Shown one piece after another: positions 18,625 through 26,584 of a stretch of 64,000 nucleotides of DNA. The notes below the pieces were generated by a model that was not told where the DNA came from, did not search any database, and saw only the letters and a program-made list of their open reading frames with translations. Source of the DNA: an archaeon (lineage in GTDB: Archaea; Nanobdellota; Nanobdellia; Woesearchaeales; GW2011-AR9); assembly GCA_018696395.1 (NCBI GenBank), contig JABHQR010000012.1, forward strand, positions 11,841 to 75,840. The letters are read 5' to 3'. Numbering within the stretch: position 1 is the stretch's first letter; every line of letters starts with the position of its first letter. Made by a program: the position numbers and the translations under genes.

Positions 18625-20103
18625 ATGAATCTAAAATATTTTTCAATAATTTTACTAATAACATCTATCTTTTTTGTTAGTTCAGTATTAGCTGATGTAA
18701 CTGTTTCAGATGATGATCTTATTTTTGAAGTGGATTATTCTGAGCTAGAAGATAATGATGATGAAATTATAATAACTCATTCAATTAATTTTGAAAATAA
18801 TGGGTCTTCTATGGAATCTGTAACTTTAACATTATTTGCTGAAGATAATGATTACGAAGTTAGTTTTGTGGACACTAATGATGATAATTTTGATTTAGAA
18901 AGTGGCAGCAGTAAAACTGTTGAATTAGAAATAATTAAGCAAGTTGAAGGCGCAGATCAAGGTTCAGATGAAAATGTTGTTTCAATTTTAATAGAAACAA
19001 CTTCTGGTCAAAGTGAAGAAATCTTGTTAGATGCAGATATTTTAATGATGTTTGAGTTAAAATCTATCGATTTTTATGTTAATAGTTATTCAATTGAAAC
19101 CATGGACGAAGATGATAGTGATGATGATGATAAAGATTTAGAAATTCAACCTAACGATTTTGTTGAACTTGGGTTTGAAATTGAAAATTTGTTTGATTCT
19201 AATTTTGATGAAGGAGATTTAGATTTTACAGTTACTATCACTTTGGAAGATAACGATTTTGGTGAAGATGTTGATGACGATATTGATTTTACAATTGATG
19301 CTGATGACAGTATTGATGTTGATGACGATGAATATTTTATTGGTTTTGAAGTTCCCTCTTTTGCAGAACCAAACGAGGAGTACATTTTAAACATTTTAGT
19401 TGAAGCAGAAGATGGTAATAATGTTGCGTATTCAGTGGAGTGGGAAGCTCAATTAGAACTAGATCGGGAAGATGATGATTTAAGAATTGAAGAAGTAACT
19501 TCTAATAATGATGATGTTTCATGTTATAGGTCAATAAGATTAACTATTGATGTTCTTAATTATGGGACAGATAGTCAGAAATATGGTATTTTAACAATTA
19601 ATAATAATGAATTAAGTATTGGTTTGGAACAAGAATTTGAAATTGGTGAAGGCCTAGATGAAAGTGGTAACTCAATTACTTTACAAGAAACTTTTGAAAT
19701 TTCAAGTGATGTAGGGGCAGGAACTTATGAACTTGACATTGATGTGTATTATAACAATGATGATTTTAGTGATACTGAAACTTTTGAAATAATTATCACT
19801 GATTGCGATACAGGTGATTCTGATGAAGATGGCACTTCAACTGGAACAGAAGAAGAAATTTCAACTGAAGATAATGATACTGGGAGTTCAGATGAAGATG
19901 GTGGGACCACTACTGTCACTAACAATGAAGATGAAGAAGAATCTGGTAATTCTGTGACTAGTGATGATGAATTTAGTCCTGTTAACACAGTTGAAGAATC
20001 TTACTTAAAAGACCAATACGTTTTTGCTGCTGTAATTGTTGGGTCAGTATTAATATTGGCAATATTTGTGATGATTATTACAATGATAGCAACAAGGAAG
20101 TAA
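18625..20103 (+). CDS. highly acidic cell-surface protein (signal peptide, D/E-rich ectodomain, C-terminal TM anchor plus basic stop-transfer TRK)
   Basis: N-terminal MNLKYFSIILLITSIFFVSSVLA. More than 25% Asp+Glu. C-terminus YVFAAVIVGSVLILAIFVMIITMIATRK. No PGF motif. Confidence 0.6.
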   Translation: MNLKYFSIILLITSIFFVSSVLADVTVSDDDLIFEVDYSELEDNDDEIIITHSINFENNGSSMESVTLTLFAEDNDYEVSFVDTNDDNFDLESGSSKTVELEIIKQVEGADQGSDENVVSILIETTSGQSEEILLDADILMMFELKSIDFYVNSYSIETMDEDDSDDDDKDLEIQPNDFVELGFEIENLFDSNFDEGDLDFTVTITLEDNDFGEDVDDDIDFTIDADDSIDVDDDEYFIGFEVPSFAEPNEEYILNILVEAEDGNNVAYSVEWEAQLELDREDDDLRIEEVTSNNDDVSCYRSIRLTIDVLNYGTDSQKYGILTINNNELSIGLEQEFEIGEGLDESGNSITLQETFEISSDVGAGTYELDIDVYYNNDDFSDTETFEIIITDCDTGDSDEDGTSTGTEEEISTEDNDTGSSDEDGGTTTVTNNEDEEESGNSVTSDDEFSPVNTVEESYLKDQYVFAAVIVGSVLILAIFVMIITMIATRK

Positions 20104-20129
20104 ATAATTAAATTTTTTTATTTTTATTT

Positions 20130-20669
20130 TTACCTACTCCAAGAAGTTAATTCTATCTCTCTACTCATTAATTGGTTAATCCTTTTTTCTACTTTTCTTT
20201 GATCTTCCTCATCAAGTGAATCTATTTTTAAACTTCTAGTTAATTGTTGGTCTAAAGTCCCATAAACATTACACTCATTTGATAATAATATGCTAATTGT
20301 TGGATTTTCATTAAATTTGAAAGAATAAATTTCTCTACAAGACCCACCGTTATGTATGAATTTAAACAAATCTTGTTCAGCAAAGTAAGTTACAATGTCT
20401 CCTTTTGGATTATGTACTGTCATACCTCTTGAATTATAATATCCTCTGCCATATTTTCCATCTAAATACCAAGCATTTCCTGTTCTTGAATACATTAATA
20501 CTTTCTTAGAATGTTTTGTTCTTACATTTTCTGTCATGTCCCAAAATAAAGCTACTTGGTCAATGTCTTGTGTTTGATAAGCTTTTTCTACTTTGTGCAT
20601 ACAACTTGTAAGTGGCATACTTCCCATAGTAAGTAATGCTCCCAATGTGGTTAATTGTGATTTATTCAT
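20130..20669 (-). CDS. hypothetical protein
   Basis: 179-aa ORF with no recognisable family. Confidence 0.4.
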   Translation of the reverse strand: MNKSQLTTLGALLTMGSMPLTSCMHKVEKAYQTQDIDQVALFWDMTENVRTKHSKKVLMYSRTGNAWYLDGKYGRGYYNSRGMTVHNPKGDIVTYFAEQDLFKFIHNGGSCREIYSFKFNENPTISILLSNECNVYGTLDQQLTRSLKIDSLDEEDQRKVEKRINQLMSREIELTSWSR

Positions 20670-20817
20670 TTTAATCTAAAAAATTGAGATGTGCTTTAAA
20701 AAAATATATGTTTTTTAGAATAACTTTAATAATTTATAATCTGAATTTACTATCATTAATCTTATTATCACAAACCTTTTAAAATATCTTCATTTTTCTC
20801 TATCTGTGAATTAAAAT

Positions 20818-21561
20818 ATGGTTAAAGATAAATCTGTTAAAAAAATATTAATCTCTGCGAAAGGCAAAAAGAAATATTATGTGACTCAACTCAATGAAGA
20901 TTTTATCACTACAGAAGGTGTTGTTAAGAGTTTAGATTTAAGTTCTGAAAAAGAATTTATTGAAACTGATAAAGGAAATAAATTCCATTTGATAAATCCT
21001 TCAATTATTGATCTGATGGAAAAATTGAATCGTGGTCCACAAATAATTCAACCAAAAGATATTGGCTTAATTATGTCAAAAACTGGCATTAACAAGAACT
21101 CTTTAGTTGTTGATGCTGGGGTTGGTTCTGGTACTTTATCTTTGGCATTAGCTAACATTTGTAAACAAGTTACTGCTTATGAAATTAATAATAAACATTT
21201 GAATATTGCACAGAAAAATAAAGAGTTATTTGGGGCAGAAAATCTTGAAATTAAAAAAGGTGATGTAGCTGAAGAAATGACTGAAACAAATCTTGATTTA
21301 ATAACTTTGGATTTACCGCACCCTTGGGAAGTTGTTCCAAAAGCAGAATTAGCATTAAAATTAGGGTCTTATCTTGTTGTATATTTACCTAACATTTTAC
21401 AAATGAAAAAGTTTGTTGAATCATTGAAAGGAAGTAAAATTAAACTTTTAGAAGTAATTGAACTTATTGAACGTAAATGGAAAGTTGAAGAGAGAATTGT
21501 TCGTCCAGAAACTGCAGAATTGTCTCACACTGCATTTATGGCATTTTGTAGAAAAATGTGA
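20818..21561 (+). CDS. trmI: tRNA (adenine57/58-N1)-methyltransferase TrmI (GCD14 family)
   Basis: SAM motif VVDAGVGSGTLSLALA and the family-specific LITLDLPHPWEVV. Confidence 0.75.
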   Translation: MVKDKSVKKILISAKGKKKYYVTQLNEDFITTEGVVKSLDLSSEKEFIETDKGNKFHLINPSIIDLMEKLNRGPQIIQPKDIGLIMSKTGINKNSLVVDAGVGSGTLSLALANICKQVTAYEINNKHLNIAQKNKELFGAENLEIKKGDVAEEMTETNLDLITLDLPHPWEVVPKAELALKLGSYLVVYLPNILQMKKFVESLKGSKIKLLEVIELIERKWKVEERIVRPETAELSHTAFMAFCRKM

Positions 21562-21587
21562 TTTTTTTAAAAACAATAAATTAAGGG

Positions 21588-22022
21588 GTGGTGAAAATGA
21601 AAGTTAAAATAAAGAGATTAAATTCTGAAGTGAAGTTACCCAATTATGCAAATCCTGGTGATGCTGGGATGGACTTTTTTTCTGCAGAAAATGTTATAAT
21701 TAATTCAGGTGAAAGAAAGACTGTAAAAACTGGAATTAGCATGGCAATTCCAGTGGGTTTTGTGGGTTTATTTTGGGACAAAAGTGGTTTAGCTTCTAAG
21801 AAAGGAATTAAAACTATGGCAGGTGTTATTGATTCTGGATTTCGTGGTGAGATTGGTATTGTATTAAAAAATTTAGGGGATGATGAGTTTGTTATTGAAA
21901 AGAATATGAAAATTGCTCAAATGCTAATTCAACCTATATACTCACCTGAATTAGAAGAAGTAGAATCTCTTGAAGAAACTGAACGAGGTCAAGGTGGATT
22001 TGGTAGTACTGGTCAATTCTGA
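21588..22022 (+). CDS. dut: dUTP diphosphatase (trimeric dUTPase)
   Basis: Motifs NPGDAGMDF, AGVIDSGFRGEIGIVLKNLG and C-terminal RGQGGFGSTG. Confidence 0.85.
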   Translation: MVKMKVKIKRLNSEVKLPNYANPGDAGMDFFSAENVIINSGERKTVKTGISMAIPVGFVGLFWDKSGLASKKGIKTMAGVIDSGFRGEIGIVLKNLGDDEFVIEKNMKIAQMLIQPIYSPELEEVESLEETERGQGGFGSTGQF

Positions 22023-22074
22023 GATTGATTATAGAAATTTTTATAAATAGGTACTTGATTTGACTTTACATTAT

Positions 22075-22165
22075 GCCTCAGTGGCTTAGCGGTTAGAGCA
22101 TGCGAGAATTCAATTCCATGAAGCTGTTAACCGCAGGGTCGTAGGTTCAATTCCTACCTGAGGCG
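22075..22165 (+). tRNA. tRNA-Asn (anticodon GTT) with an 18-nt intron inside the anticodon stem (~position 30/31; intron 22105..22122)
   Basis: Hand fold: acceptor GCCTCAG/CTGAGGC plus G73, D arm GCTT-AGCGGTTA-GAGC, T arm GTAGG-TTCAATT-CCTAC. The only splice that restores a 5-bp anticodon stem (TGCGG/CCGCA) and a canonical loop gives CTGTTAA. Confidence 0.6.
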
Positions 22166-22953
22166 CTTAGGGGGAATTCAATTCCCCTATCTTTTAATAT
22201 TTTTATTCTTTCATTAACATCTGTTCCAACTGGCAAACTGCCTGTTTCTTTCCATATCTCATAACGGGTTAAGGTATTGTAATTTGAAAATCCAATATCT
22301 TTCATCCATTGATTTAGTTTTTTCTTTCCATTAATTTCAACAATATAAGCAATTATTTTTGTTTTTTTTCTTTCCCTTTCTAATGTTGTTGAGTAAAAAT
22401 AAAAACCAAGTTCTTTTAATAATTCCTTAACTGATTCATGTAATGTTTTGCTGTATGTCCAGAAATTAATTACTGGTTTTCTACCTTGATTTTTGAAAAC
22501 TAAACTGAAATCTGTATCTGCTAATCCTCTCAAGAAACTTTGTTTTGTTATTTTATTGGAATTTTTAATTATATCTGGGACCTTAATCTTAATCTTTGGG
22601 CTAAATGGAATTTCACAACATTTATTTAAAAATAAAACAATTGCCTTTGATCTAAAAGAAATCATAACTGTTTTGTTACCCTTTCTAACATTAACCTCTT
22701 TATTAAATAATTGTTTAATTAATGATTTTAAGAATTCTTCATAGAATTTCCTTTCATTAACTTCATGGCCATTATAATCTACTCTATAATCTATCTTGTT
22801 TTTTCTTCTTTCAATTTTCATATAACCATCCCCTATATGAAAACCTAAAAAATAAGCTAATTCTGGTGTGATAATTTCGGGAACTTTAATTCCTAATCTA
22901 ATGTCATTTTTACTAAATTCTACATGTGATAAATCAAATTTCACACATTTCAT
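22147..22953 (-). CDS. free-standing double-motif LAGLIDADG homing endonuclease
   Basis: Motif 1 ELAYFLGFHIGDGYM and motif 2 FLRGLADTDFSL. 268 aa. Its last 19 nt, including the stop, overlap the tRNA-Asn T arm on the opposite strand. Confidence 0.75.
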   Translation of the reverse strand: MKCVKFDLSHVEFSKNDIRLGIKVPEIITPELAYFLGFHIGDGYMKIERRKNKIDYRVDYNGHEVNERKFYEEFLKSLIKQLFNKEVNVRKGNKTVMISFRSKAIVLFLNKCCEIPFSPKIKIKVPDIIKNSNKITKQSFLRGLADTDFSLVFKNQGRKPVINFWTYSKTLHESVKELLKELGFYFYSTTLERERKKTKIIAYIVEINGKKKLNQWMKDIGFSNYNTLTRYEIWKETGSLPVGTDVNERIKILKDRGIEFPLSASGRN

Positions 22954-23164
22954 TATATATCACCTTCAAGTTTTTGTGGATTTAAACTTGGTTTTTTGAG
23001 GAAAAAAGTTAATTTAGTGTAACTCATTAAATTTCTTTTTGATATTTTCAAAAGAATTTTATTAAGAGTTTTGCATTAGTTCTTTTTCTATATCTTCCTA
23101 TTTTGTTGCTATATAAAACTTATGTAGGCTTGTCCAGTGGGTAAGTGGCATGAGTGTCTTCTTC

Positions 23165-23434
23165 TTAATTTTCCAATCCGACAGAATAAATTTTTTCAGC
23201 AATTTTTTCCATTAAATCGTGATCTTCACAATTTTTGAACATAAGTTCACCATGACCATGACAAATTATTTCTACATTTTCAATTTCAAGAACAAGTAAA
23301 ATTTTAGTTTCCATAATAACTTTAAACTTTTTATTAATATTTTCTAAATTGATTTTTCTAGGTCGTTTAAGTTTAGCAGAATATGCTGCTTTTGTTTTAC
23401 ACTTACTTAAAATATATTGCTCTTTGACATTCAT
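23165..23434 (-). CDS. hypothetical small protein
   Basis: 89-aa ORF only, no further support. Confidence 0.3.
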   Translation of the reverse strand: MNVKEQYILSKCKTKAAYSAKLKRPRKINLENINKKFKVIMETKILLVLEIENVEIICHGHGELMFKNCEDHDLMEKIAEKIYSVGLEN

Positions 23435-23559
23435 AAACTACTTAATTTATTAATTTTTTATTAATTTATGCTTTATTTTAGCTTAGTCTGACCGAACAAT
23501 TTATATATCCAATCTATTTATTTAAACCATTATATTATATAATAAGATTTCAATAAGAG

Positions 23560-23982
23560 GTGATTATAATGGCTAAAAAATCTAAAAAATCTAAGGTGCA
23601 ACCTTTAAAGCAACTTCTTTCTGACACTGGTAAGAAAGAATTACACCAATTAGCTCACTACTCTTTTTTTGCAGGAGTTATTGTAGCAATTTTGGCAGGC
23701 TGGTTAAATGTGGCATTTCCAGGATTATTAAGTTCAACAGTTTTAATGACAACTTTAGTAATTTTAGGTACGTTAGTTGGTTTATTTAATTTAACTACAA
23801 AAGAAACAACTCCTTTCTTAGCTGCAGCTATAGCTTTAATGTTAGCGGGTATTGTTAATTTAGGTTTAGTTTGGGGTATTGGTCTTTACTTAAGGTCAAT
23901 GTTAAGTAACATTGTTGTTTTTGTTGTACCTGGTGCAATTATCGTTGCAATGAAAAGTATCTGGAAGTTAGCATCTAACTAA
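23560..23982 (+). CDS. hypothetical membrane protein (4 predicted TM helices)
   Basis: Hydrophobic segments throughout. SD AAGAGGTGA upstream. Confidence 0.45.
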   Translation: MIIMAKKSKKSKVQPLKQLLSDTGKKELHQLAHYSFFAGVIVAILAGWLNVAFPGLLSSTVLMTTLVILGTLVGLFNLTTKETTPFLAAAIALMLAGIVNLGLVWGIGLYLRSMLSNIVVFVVPGAIIVAMKSIWKLASN

Positions 23983-24037
23983 TTTCTTAATTTTTTCTTT
24001 TATATTTTATTAAACAAATTAAAGTGGGGTAGTTAGA

Positions 24038-24511
24038 ATGAAATTAAAATATTTAATCTTCTTAACATTTATTTTATCTTTACTATTAATTTCTGGTTGT
24101 GGTGAAGAAGAAGTTATTTTTACTAATAGCACTTTAGAAATTAATGGTAATACTATTAATATTGAAATTGCTAATGAAAGTGCTCAATGGATGCAAGGAT
24201 TATCTAATCGTGAGGAGTTATGTTACAATTGTGGTATGTTGTTTGTGTTTGAGAACACTAAGGTGTATGATTTTTGGATGAAAGACACTTATATCTCTTT
24301 GGACATAATTTATATTGATGAATCTGGTATGATTGTTAACATTGTTCAAGCAGAACCATGTATTGAAGAAACATGTGAAGGTGAACTTTGTGAAGAATTG
24401 GTTTGTGAAGAATTTTCTTCAAATTTTCCGGTTAAATATGTTCTTGAAGTAAACAAAGGTTATACTGAAGAGTTAGGTATTGCTAAATGGGATAAAATTA
24501 TTATCTCTTAA
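24038..24511 (+). CDS. DUF192-family secreted/lipoprotein
   Basis: Signal plus lipobox LISGC. Core WMQGLSNRE...CGMLFVF...FWMKDTYISLDIIYIDESGMIV matches the DUF192 (COG1430) consensus. Confidence 0.6.
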   Translation: MKLKYLIFLTFILSLLLISGCGEEEVIFTNSTLEINGNTINIEIANESAQWMQGLSNREELCYNCGMLFVFENTKVYDFWMKDTYISLDIIYIDESGMIVNIVQAEPCIEETCEGELCEELVCEEFSSNFPVKYVLEVNKGYTEELGIAKWDKIIIS

Positions 24512-24513
24512 TT

Positions 24514-25041
24514 TTATATTTCTATTTTTTTAATGTAACGAAAACTATTATTTTTTGGATATGCTTTTGTAATTAGTCCAGATAATTCTAAAACAACTTC
24601 TTTCTGATCTGTATCTGAAATTTCAAGAACATACGTTGGGAAACTATCTCCTTTGGCAGTTTCCATTTCGCAAAAATATCCTTTTGCTTTACGAAAACTG
24701 GTGTTTTTATCTAATAAAAAAGGAACTGCTGCTCTTTTACATTCTTCTTCAAAAAATTTATTTAATTGTATGTTATGTCCTTTATTTGACATAAATATTG
24801 TTCTTTTAGGAAATTCAATATCTTTTGGAATGTAAAAGAAGTCTGATTGAACTATTGAGTTATTCCTCCTTAAATAAATGTTTGTTTTAACTGAAGTAAT
24901 CACTCCTTCAAAAATGGGGTAATAAAGTTTTTTTGATAGTTCTTTGATCAAATCCGTTTCTGTAGTTTTTTTTTGTTTTAGGAAATTATCTAAGTAAATT
25001 ATATTTTCTAAAGAATCTTCCTGGTCTGTCATTTTTAACAA
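24514..25041 (-). CDS. hypothetical protein
   Basis: 175-aa ORF, no recognisable family. Confidence 0.4.
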   Translation of the reverse strand: MLKMTDQEDSLENIIYLDNFLKQKKTTETDLIKELSKKLYYPIFEGVITSVKTNIYLRRNNSIVQSDFFYIPKDIEFPKRTIFMSNKGHNIQLNKFFEEECKRAAVPFLLDKNTSFRKAKGYFCEMETAKGDSFPTYVLEISDTDQKEVVLELSGLITKAYPKNNSFRYIKKIEI

Positions 25042-25150
25042 TTGACATGTTAGTTTTTATAAAAATTATTGTGATTTCATCCTTATATCAAACTCATTAT
25101 CTTCCCATGCAGAGAAAGATTTATATTATTCAATTTTGTACTAATAATTA

Positions 25151-25948
25151 ATGGCTGAAGAGATTTCTGAAGAACAAAGGAAACAGATGGAAGAAAAGTT
25201 GAAAAACATGTCTCCTGAAGAGATTGCAGAACTTCAGAAACAGCAATGTATTTTCTGCCAAATTATATCTGGCCAAATACCATCTAAAAAAGTTTATGAA
25301 GATAATGTGTGTATTGTGGTATTAGATATTAACCCTGCGTCATCTGGGCATTGTTTAATACTTCCTAACCAACATTATGCTATCATGCCACAAGTTCCAG
25401 AAACTGAACTAAACCATATGTTTAAAGTTTCTAAAGCAATGTCTCAAATTCTTTTGAAAAGTATGAGGGCAAAAGGAACAAATATTTTTGTAGCTAATGG
25501 CGCTGCTGCTGGTCAAAAAGCACCTCATTTTATGATACATTTAATCCCTCGTAAAGATGATGATGGTTTATTTAATTATGAAACAAAAATAATTGAATCT
25601 GAAATTAGGGAAAAGATTGGACAAGCTGTTAAAATGAAATTTAATCAGCTGATGGGGATCAAAGTTGAAACTCAAACTGAATTGCCTGAACATCAAGAAG
25701 AAGTTTCTGGGGATGAACCAGATAAAATTGAAAAGTTAGATGATTTGGCTGGTCCTTCTGAAAATCAAGAAGATGTTGATAATAAAGAATCTGATGATAA
25801 TGATGATGATTCAGATAGTGAAGATGAAGATTCAGAAGGATCTGATCAAGAAGAAAATGATTCTAAAGATGTGGGAGATGATGAACCTGAACCACTTAAA
25901 GATGATGTTGATGCAAGTTTAGATGATATTGCTAACTTGTTCAAATAA
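25151..25948 (+). CDS. HINT-like HIT-family protein with long acidic C-terminal tail
   Basis: CIFCQIISGQIPSKKVYEDNV...GHCLILPNQH...IFVANGAAAGQKAPHFMIHLIPR, then a tail of ~90 residues rich in D/E/S. Triad reads HxMxH. Confidence 0.7.
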   Translation: MAEEISEEQRKQMEEKLKNMSPEEIAELQKQQCIFCQIISGQIPSKKVYEDNVCIVVLDINPASSGHCLILPNQHYAIMPQVPETELNHMFKVSKAMSQILLKSMRAKGTNIFVANGAAAGQKAPHFMIHLIPRKDDDGLFNYETKIIESEIREKIGQAVKMKFNQLMGIKVETQTELPEHQEEVSGDEPDKIEKLDDLAGPSENQEDVDNKESDDNDDDSDSEDEDSEGSDQEENDSKDVGDDEPEPLKDDVDASLDDIANLFK

Positions 25949-25969
25949 TATAAATAAAAAACAAATAAA

Positions 25970-26512
25970 ATGAATTGTGAATATTGTGAAATAATCTCTG
26001 GAAATCAAAAAGCTAACATTATTTATCAAGATGATGAAATATTAGCTTTTGTTAAAGAAGAAGTTATTTCTCCAGGTCAGATAACTGTGATCCCTATTGA
26101 ACATTTAACTATTCTTGAAATGGTTCCTGGAAAAATTTTAGACAAAATGTTTACTGTTGCTAACAAACTAAGTATGGCCATATTTGAAACTATGGGATGT
26201 CATGGGACAAACATTTTTGTTGAAAATGGTCTTGGTGGTGGTCAAACTGTACCTCACTTTTCATTACATGTCATTCCTAGGTATGAAAATGATAATTTGA
26301 AACTTAACTGGGTGCCTCAACAAGTTCTTCCTGAAGATTTGGAAAATGATTTCATTCAAATACAAATGAATGCTGAAGGGTTAACTATTTCTGATGAAAT
26401 TCCCTCTGAAGAAAGTGAAGATATCGTTGTTGATGAAGGTGACACTGAAGTTGTTCTGAAAAAGCAAGATGATGAAAATTATTTACTTAAGTCACTTAGA
26501 AGGCGGGCTTGA
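25970..26512 (+). CDS. HINT-like HIT-family protein
   Basis: CEYCEIISGNQKANIIYQDDEILAF...IPIEH...IFVENGLGGGQTVPHFSLHVIPR. Triad reads HxSxH. 21 nt after the preceding HINT gene. Confidence 0.65.
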   Translation: MNCEYCEIISGNQKANIIYQDDEILAFVKEEVISPGQITVIPIEHLTILEMVPGKILDKMFTVANKLSMAIFETMGCHGTNIFVENGLGGGQTVPHFSLHVIPRYENDNLKLNWVPQQVLPEDLENDFIQIQMNAEGLTISDEIPSEESEDIVVDEGDTEVVLKKQDDENYLLKSLRRRA

Positions 26513-26584
26513 GGTTTTTAATTTTTCTTTAAATAATTTTACTCACAAAATCTTTATATAAATTACCCTCTCTGACCTATTACA

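Noticed and set aside
19146-19988. Minus-strand Ser-rich ORFs 19146..19394 and 19749..19988
   Set aside because: They are antisense to the acidic surface protein. GAT/GAA-rich sense codons read as Ser/Ile-rich antisense frames.
22075-22165. Alternative reading of the 22075 tRNA as tRNA-Met (CAT present in ..TTCCATGAA..)
   Set aside because: No excision leaves CAT in a 7-nt loop with U33 and a purine at 37 between the available stems. Only the CTGTTAA loop (Asn) satisfies the cloverleaf.
22493-22744. 83-aa plus-strand ORF inside the LAGLIDADG gene
   Set aside because: It is antisense to a motif-supported gene.
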